This document shows positions 44,844 to 56,800 of a stretch of 64,000 bases of DNA, piece after piece (position 1 is the stretch's first letter; every line of letters starts with the position of its first letter). The position numbers were made by a program, and so were the translations under genes. The DNA lies in assembly GCF_035084215.1 (NCBI RefSeq), contig NW_027139637.1, positions 62,001 through 126,000 on the forward strand, in the 5' to 3' direction. This stretch comes from Heptranchias perlo. Taxonomy: Eukaryota. The notes beneath the pieces were generated by a model. The model ran no database searches. It was not told where the DNA came from and saw only the letters and a program-made list of their open reading frames with translations.

Positions 44844-47800
44844 ATGTGGGCAGGCTCCTCCCCCCCACTGCCCGGCACTGGCAGGGGGGGCACCTCGTCG
44901 TCGGGGGAGATCCGCGAGGGCTTTTTGTGCCCACTCTGCCTGAAGGACCTGCACTCGGTGCAGCAGCTCCAGTCGCACTACGAGGAGGCCCATTCCGGGG
45001 AGGACGATGGGCACATGGTGGGCCAGATCAAGAGTGAGTACCAGGCACCGCAGCTCCCCGTTACTGACCTGCTGGGCGGGCACCTAGTGTGGGTGCCAGC
45101 TGGTGCCGCCGCACTCAGTCGAATAGTCACTGGATTGGGGCCCATTCCGCAACGCATCCTTACAGCCATTACTGTGTGTACGGTAGCATTGCTGGACCGG
45201 TAATCCAGGGTACGGGAGTGTGGGGATTATATTGCTGGACCGGTAATCCAGGGTACGGGAGTGTGGGGATTATATTACTGGACCGGTAATCCAGGGTACG
45301 GGAGTGTGGGGATTATATTACTGGACCGGTAATCCAGGGTACGGGAGTGTGGGGATTATATTACTGGACCGGTAATCCAGGGTACGGGAGTGTGGGGATT
45401 ATATTACTGGACCGGTAATCCAGGGTACGGGAGTGTGGGGATTATATTACTGGACCGGTAATCCAGGGTACGGGAGTGTGGGGATTATATTACTGGACCG
45501 GTAATCCAGGGTACGGGAGTGTGGGGATTATATTACTGGACCGGTAATCCAGGGTACGGGAGTGTGGGGATTATATTACTGGACCGGTAATCCAGGGTAC
45601 GGGAGTGTGGGGATTATATTACTGGACCGGTAATCCAAGGTACGGGAGTGTGGGGATTATATTACTGGACCAGTAACTGGTTCACTCGAGTCCCTTTTAC
45701 GGGGGGGAGCCTGCCGACTGTACCCGGCCTGGGCCTATTCGTGACCCCAGTCCTCACCCCCCAACCTGGTTGCCTCTTCACTGCCCTCTGAAGTGGGCCT
45801 CGCGAGTCACTCAGTATCAAACGGCTGCCAGCCAGTTCAAGAAGGCACCTTCTCGAGGGGCAACTAGGGATGGGCAATAAATGCCGGCCTTGCCAGCGAC
45901 GCCCGCAAGCCCCAGAGTGGAATTTAAATAGGCCAGCAGAAGGAGGAGATGCTGATTCCTTTGCGCTGAGCTGGATTTGACCCTTTTCTTAAAAAAAAAA
46001 TACTTCATATAATTTTTTCCCGTGAATTCCATGCATGTTCCGGAGTTCACAGGATAGCAGAGACGGTGCTTTCTGACCTCTGCTTGCAGGCGTCGGTCAG
46101 GGGAGGCGGGGAGAGTGAGCGATCTCTCTGGTTTCTGGTACCTCCCTCAGGAGGAGATTGTCGGTGCTGCTCGGGGCTGTCCCGAAAGACTCTCGTAGAC
46201 TCGTAGAAACGTCACTACCGACAGGCAGCCGACCCCCTCGTCCCCGTGGTCGCTCCACGTGCAAGCTAACTAATCCCTCTTTCCCCGAACCCTTTGGTAT
46301 TCTCCCTCTCCCTCTCTGTTAAACCCAGGCCCCCCGCCTGCTCTCGGAGGGGGATGTAAAAGATCGCACGGCCACTATTTCGAAACAAAAGCAGTGGCGG
46401 GGGGAGTTCTCCCCGGCGTCCTGGGGCCGATATTTATCCCTCAAACAACGTCGCGTTTTTTTATATAAAAAAAAAACAGACGACCTGGTCATTTATCACA
46501 GTGCTGTTTGTGGGATCTTGCTGTGCGCAAATCGGCTGCCGTGATTCCCTGCAACACAACAGTGAGCACACGCCCAAAAAAAATCGAAGTACTTCAGCCG
46601 CTTCGGGGCGTCCTGAGGCGGCGAGAGGCGCAGCAGCAATTGCGAGTATCTCTCTCCCTGCCGCCCGTTGACGTCCCCGCACCAGATTTGCCGGCCAGCT
46701 TTAATTCTTTGTCCTTCCCCCTGCCCCCTGTGCCAGCGCTTTTCGGCAGAGCGAAGAAGAAGTTACTGAAGAAGGGAGAGGCGGAGCGATCGGACGCCGA
46801 GTCCTTGGACTACATCTGCTCGGGAGGCGTGGACACGAGCAAATGGGAGGCACAGGACCTGGGTGAGTAAAGCTGAGCCCGTCGCTGATCATCGTCCTTC
46901 CCTTGTCACTCCAGGAGAGACTCCGCGGAGCAGAGACGGCTAAGGGGAGATTTAATAGAGGCGTTCGATGGAGTCAGTTAGGAGAAGCTGATTCCACTGG
47001 CAGGACGGTCGGTGACCAGAGGGCACGCAGATTTACGATAATTGGGGAAAGAACCCGAGGGGGAGACGAGGGATTTTCTCTCACAGTGAATTCTGATCTG
47101 GAACTCGCTGCCTGAAAGGGCGGTGGAAGCAGATTCAATAATAACTTTCAAACGGCAATTGGATAAATACTTGAAGGGGAATAATTTGCAGGGGAAAGAG
47201 CAGAGCGGGGGGGGGGCGGGTGTGAGACTAATCGGAGAGCGAACTTGAACTGTCCCGACTGCAGGCGGGCGAGAAGTCCAGCCAGTCTGCCGTCTGAGAC
47301 TGTGACTGCCGTTCCCCTCGGTGGGTGAGGCCGGGCGCCCCTTGCGTTGGGAATGCCTGTGCGAGCCCACGTTTTTATCATCCCCCCCACCCCCCCCCCG
47401 CGTTCCCTGGGGGTAACGGGGCCCGGTCGCTGATATCGGGCGTGAGGTGAGGTGAGGTGATGTGATTCTGCCCTCTGTTTGGTCCGTAGGTGCGACGAGG
47501 AATCTGCGGAGCGAGTTCCAGCGGTGGAGGGCCGCGCGGATCGACCACTACGTGATCGAAATCAACAAACTACTGATCCGATTGGAAAAGGTGTGGGGGA
47601 GGGGTTGGGGTGGGGGGAGAGGGGTTGGAAGTGTGTGTGGGAGGAGGTCTGGAGGAGGGGAGGGAAGGTGGAGTGTGTGTGGAGAGAGCAAGCTTTGCGT
47701 GTTATCTTTTGATTAAAGCACAGTCATCTCGTCCTGGAATGGTGGGCGGGGGCCCCATCGTTTTGTGCAGGCCTCTCCCTATCTCTATAACCTGTGAGGA

Positions 47801-50800
47801 TAAGATGTGAAGGCCTTAGAGAGGGCGCGGGGGACTTTTACTGGAATGGTTCCAGGGATGAGGGACTTTAGTTCCGTGGATAGACTGGAGAAGCTGGGGT
47901 TGTTCTCCTTGGAACAGAGACGGTTGAGAGGAGATTTGATCGAGGTGTTCAAAATCATGAATCCAGACAGAGTAGATAGAGAGAAACTGTTCCCATTGGT
48001 GGAAGGGTCAAGAAGCAGAGGACTTAGATTTAAGGTGATTGGCAAAAAAACCAAAGGCGACATGAGGAAAAACATTTTTACGCAGCGAGTGGTTAGGATC
48101 TGGAATGCACTGCCCGAGGGGGTGGTGGAGGCAGATTCAATCATGGCCTTCAAAAGGGAACTGGATAAGTACTTGAAAGGAAAAAAATTGCAGGGCTACG
48201 GGGAAAGGGCGGGGGAGTGGGACTGGCTGGATTGCTCTTGCGTAGAGCCGGCACGGACTCGATGGACTGAATGGCCTCCTTCCGTGCTGTAACCATTCTA
48301 TGATTCTCCCCGCCTCCAGCCCTGCAACCCTCCCAGATCTCTGCGTCCCTCCAATTCCGGCCTCTTGCGCATCCCCAATTTTCGTTGCCCCACCATTGGC
48401 GGCCGTGCCTTCAGCCGCCTCGGCCCTAAGCTCTGGAATTCCCTCCCTAAACCTCTCCGCCTCTCTCTCCCCTCCTTAAAACCTCCCCCCTTTGACCAGG
48501 CACCTAATGTTTCCTGATGTGGCTTGGTGTCAAATTTTGTTGATTCCCGGGCCTGGGAAGCACCTTGGGACGTTTTACAATGTTCCAAGCTCTGCGTGAA
48601 GAGAGACCAGAGAAGCTGGGATTGCTCGCCTTAGAGCAGAGGAGGTTATGGGGAGATTTAATAGAGGTGCTCAAAAATTATGAGGCGTTTTGATCGAGCA
48701 AATGGAAGCTGTTTCCAGCGGTAGGAGGGTCGGTAACCAGAGGACACACAGATTTAAGGTGATCGGCAAAAGAACCAGAGGGGGAGATGAGGAGTCGAGT
48801 TTTTACGACCGGGAACGCGCTGCCTGAAAGGGCGGAGGAAGCAGATTCAATAATAACTTTCAAAAGGGAATTGGATAAATACTTGAAAAGGAAAAAATTT
48901 GCAGGGCACTGGGGAAAGAGCAGGGGGGAGTGGGACTGATTGGATAGCTCTTTCGAAGAGCCAGCACAAGCACGTTGGGCCAAATGGCCTCCTTCTGTAC
49001 TGTAAGATTCTGTGAACTCTGACTGCTTGTCGCAAGAAGGCACGATTTGCCCTCCCTCCTCCCTGCGTATCAGGAATGTTGAGTGTTACGGACAGATAAT
49101 CAGTTGTTGGTCTGAGTCATGGTGAAGTGAACTTACCCCAGATAACGTTGTGTCTTTTTTAAATTTCCAGTTGACTGCATTTGACAGAGCTTCAACAGAC
49201 CCAGCAAAGAGGAAAGGTTTGTGGTGTTACGATTGTCTCTATCTCCCCCCCCGATACTTCATTTTTATTCAGGCTCAAAAGTCAGCTTTCGTAGAGAAGC
49301 AGTCACATCCCACGAACCGTGGCCTCACCTTGTTTTAGGATCGAGGGGTCTATCCGGGCAGACGGTGAACCATTCTACAGTTGTCGGGCTATGGACTAGA
49401 TAGTAATAGTGGGACACCACCTTACTACTCCCGATCTCTCTGACTGACCCCAGAAACCACATCTGGCAGCCTTTTTGCTCAGGCTAAAAACGACCAATTG
49501 GTGTTTATTGAGAAGTAAAGTTATACAGAAGCACGAGCCAGTGGGCAGAAGGCGAGGTTGATCATACTTAAAGTTACATCATCTCGTCCTTAACAATAAA
49601 ATCATCCGTGATGGGTGAACGGGACTCGATGTGTGACGTCATTAGTGTGACTGTAAAACGATGCAAAGAAGAAGAGCACACAGGACTTTGAACATATTAT
49701 AGGTATTCGTATTATTATATTATAGATGTTTGTATATTTCTGACCGACATTGGCAACACCTCGATTTTAAAATTCTCATCCTTCCCGAATCCCTCCCAAG
49801 GCCCCGTTCCTCTCTCTCTCTGTAACCTCCTCCAGCCCCCACAACCGTCCGAGATCTCTGCGTTCCTCCGATTCTGGCCTCCCCGATTTCTTTCACGCCA
49901 GATAGAAAGAAAGACTTGCATTTGTATAGCGTCTTTCGTGACCTCAGGACGTTTTGCAGCAGTATTCAATAATTTTAGATTGATAGATTTTTGCTAGCTC
50001 AGGGTTACTGAACCTAGGCGGGCGGATGGAGTCAGGATACAGATCAGCCATGAATGGCGGAACACACTCGAGGGGCTGAATGGCCTCCTCCTGTTCCCAT
50101 CGGGCGAACTCCCCGGCTCTTCTTCGAAATAGTGGCCGCGGGAACTTTTACGTCCACCTGAGAGGGGCTGTCGGTTTAAAATCTCAACCGGAAGACGGCC
50201 CCTCCGACTGTGCCAGCGCTCCCTGAGTACTGGCACCGGGGGGGGGGAGTGTCGGGTCGGGGCTCGAGTCTCTGGGGTGGGGGCTCGAACCCCCGACCTT
50301 CTGATTCTGAGGTTGAGAGTGAGAGCCACTGAGCTTGACACGGTGTGATAGATGTGGGTTACATCGAATTTCCAGCACAGAAGCAGGCCATTCGGCCCAA
50401 CTGGCCGATGCTCCACACTCCGACTTCATCTCACCCTATCAGTACAACCTTCTGTTCCTCTCTGCCTCATGTGTTTATCGAGCTTCCTCTTAAATGCATC
50501 TGTTATTCACCTCCAACCACACCATGTGGGAGCGAGTTCCACATTCTCACCGCTCTCTGGGTAAAGAAGTTTCTCCTGAATTCCCCTATTGGATTTACGA
50601 GTGACTCTCCTATATTGATGGCCCCCGAGTCTCCCCCGGCCCCCCACAAGTGGAAACATCTTCTCCACGTCTACCCCATCGAACCCCTTTCATAATCAGG
50701 TCACCCCTCAGCCTTCTCTTTAGAGAAGAGAGCCCCGGCCTGTTCGGCAGTCCCAGAGGTGCACGGCCCGGAAAGGGAGTTAAATCCAGTAACGATTCTG

Positions 50801-53800
50801 CGGAGACGATCTCCCCGAGCGAGCGGTCGTTCTCACGGACCGGCCGACGGTGGAAGCAGTCGGCCTCGATTCATCCAAAGGCAAGTTGCTCGTTCTGCAG
50901 GCACTGAACTGCTTTCCTTTTCTCCCCCCACTCCCCCCCCCACTCCCTCTGCAGCGTTGGAGAGGTCGGTGGTGACCTGGGTGAACGACAGAGACGTCCC
51001 CTGCTGCCCCGACTGCGGGGCCACCTTCACCATCACTCTCCGTCGTCACCACTGCCGCCTCTGCGGCTCGATTATGTGCAAGAGATGCAACCAGTTCCTC
51101 GCCGTGTCTTTCGCACGTAAGTAGGCTCGTTCGCGCGGCCGGGGTGGGGGGCGACGGGTTTTGGGCGGGGGGCGCGCGGGGGAGAGAGAGATACAAACTC
51201 GTTTTCTGACCCCCCCCGACCCCCCCCCCTCCTTGCCGGAGGGACGGTTCATGCAGCAGGTCGATCACCTCGGGCCCGTTCCATCAGTCAGTCAGAGCGC
51301 GACTGACCTGCGTCTTCCTGTGCCCTGTACAGAGAAGCTGACGAGCGCGGTGAGGGCCTCGGTGACGGCCGGGGGAAGCCCGTGTGCTGCCGATCAGACG
51401 GCAGGCAGCGGCGAGAGTGCGCGGAGGCTGAGTGTCGCCAGCGTCAGCTCGCTGCTGGAGGAGAAGGAGGACGATCGGATTATGTCCTGTCAGCACTGCA
51501 GAGGGATCCTGGAGCAGCGGGAGAGGCGGCTGGAGGAGAAGGACAGCTCGCCCGTCATCGCACAGCTCTACGAGGTTAGATAAAGCTCCCTCTATACCGT
51601 CCCCATCGAACACTCCCAGGGGCAGGTACAGGGTTAGATACAGAGTAAAGCTCCCTCTATATCGTCCCCATCGAACACTCCCAGGGGCAGGTACAGGGTT
51701 AGATACAGAGTAAAGCTCCCTCTACACTGTCCCATCAAACACTCCCAGGGCAGGTACAGGGTTAGATACAGAGTAAAGCTCCCTCTACACTGTCCCATCA
51801 AACACTCCCAGAGCAGGTACAGGGTTAGATACAGAGTAAAGCTCCCTCTACACTGTCCCATCAAACACTCCCAGGGCAGGTACAGGGTTAGATACAGAGT
51901 AAAGCTCCCTCTACACTGTCCCGTCAAACACTCCCAGGGCAGGTACAGGGTTAGATACAGAGTAAAGCTCCCTCTACACTGTCCCGTCAAACACTCCCAG
52001 GGCAGGTACAGGGTTAGATACAGAGTAAAGCTCCCTCTACACTGTCCCATCAAACACTCCCAGGGCAGGTACAGGGTTAGATACAGAGTAAAGCTCCCTC
52101 TACACTGTCCCATCAAACACTCCCAGGGCAGGTACAGGGTTAGATACAGAGTAAAGCTCCCTCTACACTGTCCCATCAAACACTCCCAGGGCAGGTACAG
52201 GGTTAGATACAGAGTAAAGCTCCCTCTACACTGTCCCGTCAAACACTCCCAGGGCAGGTACAGGGTTAGATACAGAGTAAAGCTCCCTCTACACTGTCCC
52301 ATCAAACACTCCCAGGGCAGGTACAGGGTTAGATACAGAGTAAAGCTCCCTCTACACTGTCCCATCAAACACTCCCAGGGCAGGTACAGGGTTAGATACA
52401 GAGTAAAGCTCCCTCTACACTGTCCCATCAAACACTCCCAGGGCAGGTACAGGGTTAGATACAGAGTAAAGCTCCCTCTACACTGTCCCATCAAACACTC
52501 CCAGGGCAGGTACAGGGTTAGATACAGAGTAAAGCTCCCTCTACACTGTCCCATCAAACACTCCCAGGGCAGGTACAGGGTTGGATACAGAGTAAAGCTC
52601 CCTCTACACTGTCCCATCAAACACTCCCAGGGCAGGTACAGGGTTAGATACAGAGTAAAGCTCCCTCTACACTGTCCCATCAAACACTCCCAGGGCAGGT
52701 ACAGGGTTAGATACAGAGTAAAGCTCCCTCTACACTGTCCCGTCAAACACTCCCAGGGCAGGTACAGGGTTAGATACAGAGTAAAGCTCCCTCAACACTG
52801 TCCCATCAAACACTCCCAGGGCAGGTACAGGGTTAGATACAGAGTAAAGCTCCCTCTACACTGTCCCATCAAACACTCCCAGGGCAGGTACAGGGTTAGA
52901 TACAGAGTAAAGCTCCCTCCACACCGTCCCATCAAACACTCCCAGGGCAGGTACAGGGTTAGATACAGAGTAAAGCTCCCTCTGCACTGTCCCATCAAAC
53001 ACTCCCAGGGCAGGTACAGGGTTAGATACAGAGTAAAGCTCCCCCTACACTGTCCCATCAAACACTCCCAGGGCAAGTTCCCTCCACAGGAGTCCGGTGC
53101 GAGCTTTGAGGTGAGGGGCGCCCACGAGCTGCGGTTTTAATCCGATCTGTTTGTTGCTGTCGATTCACAGAAGCTGCGCTCGTGCATCGGGAAGGTGGAA
53201 CAGCTCGCCCCAGAGTACTTGAAGATGGCCGAGTCGTTGAAGTAAGTGGTGGGGAGCCGGCACGTGATATTCTCCGATAAATCCCGGACGCAGTCTTTCA
53301 CACGAGCCCGTGAAGCGTTCGCGAGCCGTGAACATCGGAGAGCCGGTCTGCAGGCAGTTGTGCGAAGATCCCCCGCCCTAAATACCCTTTTCCCCCAGCT
53401 TGACCCTGCGGCCTCTTTGCCCGACAGTTCACAATTCACTTTGAGACCAAGCCCTGATGTTCATCTATCCTGGTCACCACTTCATCAAACCTGATATGAT
53501 AGGATTTTGCTGAAGGTTCGTTCGTGGGATGTGGGAGTCGCTGGCGAGGCCGGCATTTATTGCCCATCCCTAATTGCCCCTTGAGAAGGTGGTGGTGAGC
53601 CGCCATCTTGAACCGCTGCAGTCCGTGTGGTGAAGGTTCTCCCACAGTGACGTTAGGAAGGGAGTTCCAGGATTTTGACCCAGTGACGATGAAGGAACGG
53701 CCGATATATTTCCAAGTCGGGATGGTGTGTGACTTGGAGGGGAACGTGCAGGTGGTGTTGTTCCCATGTGCCTGCTGCTCTTGTCCTTCCAGGTGGTAGA

Positions 53801-56800
53801 GGTTGCGGGTTTGGGAGGTGCTGTGGAAGAAGCCTTGGCGAGTTGCTGCAGTGCATCCTGTGGATGGTGCACACTGCAGCCACGGTGCGCCGGTGGTGAA
53901 GGGAGTGAATGTTTAGGGTGGTGGATGGGGTGCCAATCAAGCGGGCTGCTTTATCTTGGATGGTGTCGAGCTTCTTGAGTGTTGTTGGAGCTGCACTCAT
54001 CCAGGAAAGTGGAGAGTATTCCATCACACTCCTGACTTGTGCCTTGTAGATGGTGGAAAGGCTTTGGGGAGTCAGCACAGCACAGAGGGAGGCCACTGGG
54101 CCTATGGTACGGGCTCGTCCACTGCTGCTGCGCTCCCAGCCTAACTGAGTCCCCCTGAGGCTGGGCCTTTCTCTGCACCCCCAGCCTTCCCACCCCGGGT
54201 CTTCAACTGCCTCCCCCGTCTCTCCGTGACCAGGATCATCCCTGCCCTCCTGGCGAGGAGCGAGCGGAGGGAGGGGCGAGGGGCGAGCGGAGGAACGGCC
54301 CAGTGTTTTTCGCGTGACGTCCTGTGCCCTCCACTGCGCTGTGTGGGCGACAGATTCGAGCGCGTGAGGAATCGGCTGGGCTCGCAGATCGTGCGGCTGT
54401 GTTCAGATTGACCGTGGGGTTAGTCTGTTATTTTCTCCTCCTTTTCTGTTTCTGTCCTGTGCCTCTGTCTAACACTCTGTGCCTCTGTCTAACACTCTGT
54501 GCCTCTGTCTAACACTCTGTGCCTCTGTCTAACACTCTGTGCCTCTGTCTAACACTCTGTGCCTCTGTCTAACACTCTGTGCCTCTGTCTAACACTCTGT
54601 GCCTCTGTCTAACACTCTGTGCCTCTGTCTAACACTCTGTGCCTCTGTCTAACACTCTGTGCCTCTGTCTAACACTCTGTGCCTCTGTCTAACACTCTGT
54701 GCCTCTGTCTAACACTCTGTGCCTCTGTCTAACACTCTGTGCCTCTGTCCAACACTCTGTGCCTGTCGCTCTCTTTCTCCCTGTTTCTGTGTCTCTATCT
54801 CCCTGTAGTGTCTCTGTCTGTGTTCGTGTATCTCTCTCTCTATCTCCCCGTAGTGTCTCTGTCTGTGTTCCTGTATCTGTCTCTCTATCTCCCTGTAGTG
54901 TCTCTGTCTGTGTTCCTGTATCTCTCTCTCTATCTCCCCGTAGTGTCTCTGTCTGTGTTCCTGTATCTGTCTCTCTATCTCCCCGTAGTGTCTCTGTCTG
55001 TGTTCCTGTATCTGTCTCTCTCTATCTCCCTGTAGTGTCTCTGTCTGTGTTCGTGTATCTGTCTCTCTATCTCCCCGTAGTGTCTCTGTCTATGTTCGTG
55101 TATCTGTCTCTCTATCTCCCTGTAGTGTCTCTGTCTGTGTTCGTGTATCTGTCTCTCTATCTCCCCGTAGTGTCTCTGTCTGTGTTCGTGTATCTGTCTC
55201 TCTATCTCCCCGTAGTGTCTCTGTCTGTGTTCGTGTATCTGTCTCTCTATCTCCCTGTAGTGTCTCTGTCTATGTTCGTGTATCTGTCTCTCTATCTCCC
55301 CGTAGTGTCTCTGTCTGTGTTCCTGTATCTGTCTCTCTATCTCCCCGTAGTGTCTCTGTCTATGTTCGTGTATCTGTCTCTCTATCTCCCTGTAGTGTCT
55401 CTGTCTATGTTCGTGTATCTGTCTCTCTATCTCCCCGTAGTGTCTCTGTCTGTGTTCCTGTATCTGTCTCTCTATCTCCCTGTAGTGTCTCTGTCTGTGT
55501 TCGTGTATCTGTCTCTCTATCTCCCCGTAGTGTCTCTGTCTGTGTTCCTGTATCTGTCTCTCTATCTCCCCGTAGTGTCTCTGTCTGTGTTCGTGTATCT
55601 GTCTCTCTATCTCCCCGTAGTGTCTCTGTCTGTGTTCCTGTATCTGTCTCTCTATCTCCCTGTAGTGTCTCTGTCTGTGTTCGTGTATCTGTCTCTCTAC
55701 CTCCCCGTAGTGTCTCTGTCTGTGTTCGTGTATCTGTCTCTCTATCTCCCCGTAGTGTCTCTGTCTGTGTTCCTGTATCTGTCTCTCTCTCTCCCCGTAG
55801 TGTCTCTGTCTGTGTTCCTGTATCTGTCTCTCTATCTCCCCGTAGTGTCTCTGTCTGTGTTCGTGTATCTGTCTCTCTCTCCCCCCGTAGTGTCTCTGTC
55901 TGTGTTCCTGTATCTGTCTCTCTATCTCCCCGTAGTGTCACTGTCTGTGTTCGTGTATCTGTCTCTCTCTCTCCCTGTAGTGTCTCTGACTGTGTTCCTG
56001 CATCTGTCTCTCTATCTCCCCGTAGTGTCTCTGTCTGTGTTCGTGTCTCTGTCTGTGTTCCTGCATCTGTGTCTCTATCTCCCCATAGTGTCTCTGTCTG
56101 TGTTCCTGTATCTGTCTCTCTATCTCCCCGTAGTGTCTCTGTCTGTGTTCGTGTATCTGTCTCTCTATCTCCCCATAGTGTCTCTGTCTGTGTTCGTGTC
56201 TCTGTCTGTGTTCCTGCATCTGTCTCTCTATCTCCCCATAGTGTCTCTGTCTGTGTTCCTGTATCTGTCTCTCTATCTCCCCGTAGTGTCTCTGTCTGTG
56301 TTCGTGTATCTGTCTCTCTATCTCCCCATAGTGTCTCTGTCTGTGTTCCTGTATCTGTCTCTCTATCTCCCTGTAGTGTCTCTGTCTGTGTTCCTGTATC
56401 TGTCTCTCTATCTCCCCGTAGTGTCTCTGTCTGTGTTCCTGTATCTGTCTCTCTATCTCCCCGTAGTGTCTCTGTCTGTGTTCCTGTATCTGTCTCTCTA
56501 TCTCCCTGTAGTGTCTCTGTCTGTGTTCCTGTATCTGTCTCTCTCTCTCTCCCCGTTGTGTCTCTGTCTGTGTTCCTGTATCTGTCTCTCTCTCTCTCCC
56601 CGTTGTGTCTCTGTCTGTGTTCCTGTATCTGTCTCTCTATCTCCCCGTAGTGTCTCTGTCTGTGTTCCTGTATCTGTCTCTCTATCTCCCCGTAGTGTCT
56701 CTGTCTGTGTTCCTGTATCTGTCTCTCTATCTCCCCGTAGTGTCTCTGTCTGTGTTCGTGTATCTGTCTCTCTATCTCCCCGTAGTGTCTCTGTCTGTGT

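Noticed and set aside
51634-52746. 370-aa Cys/Trp repeat ORF
   Set aside because: 63-bp dispersed minisatellite family present three times in this window, in both orientations.
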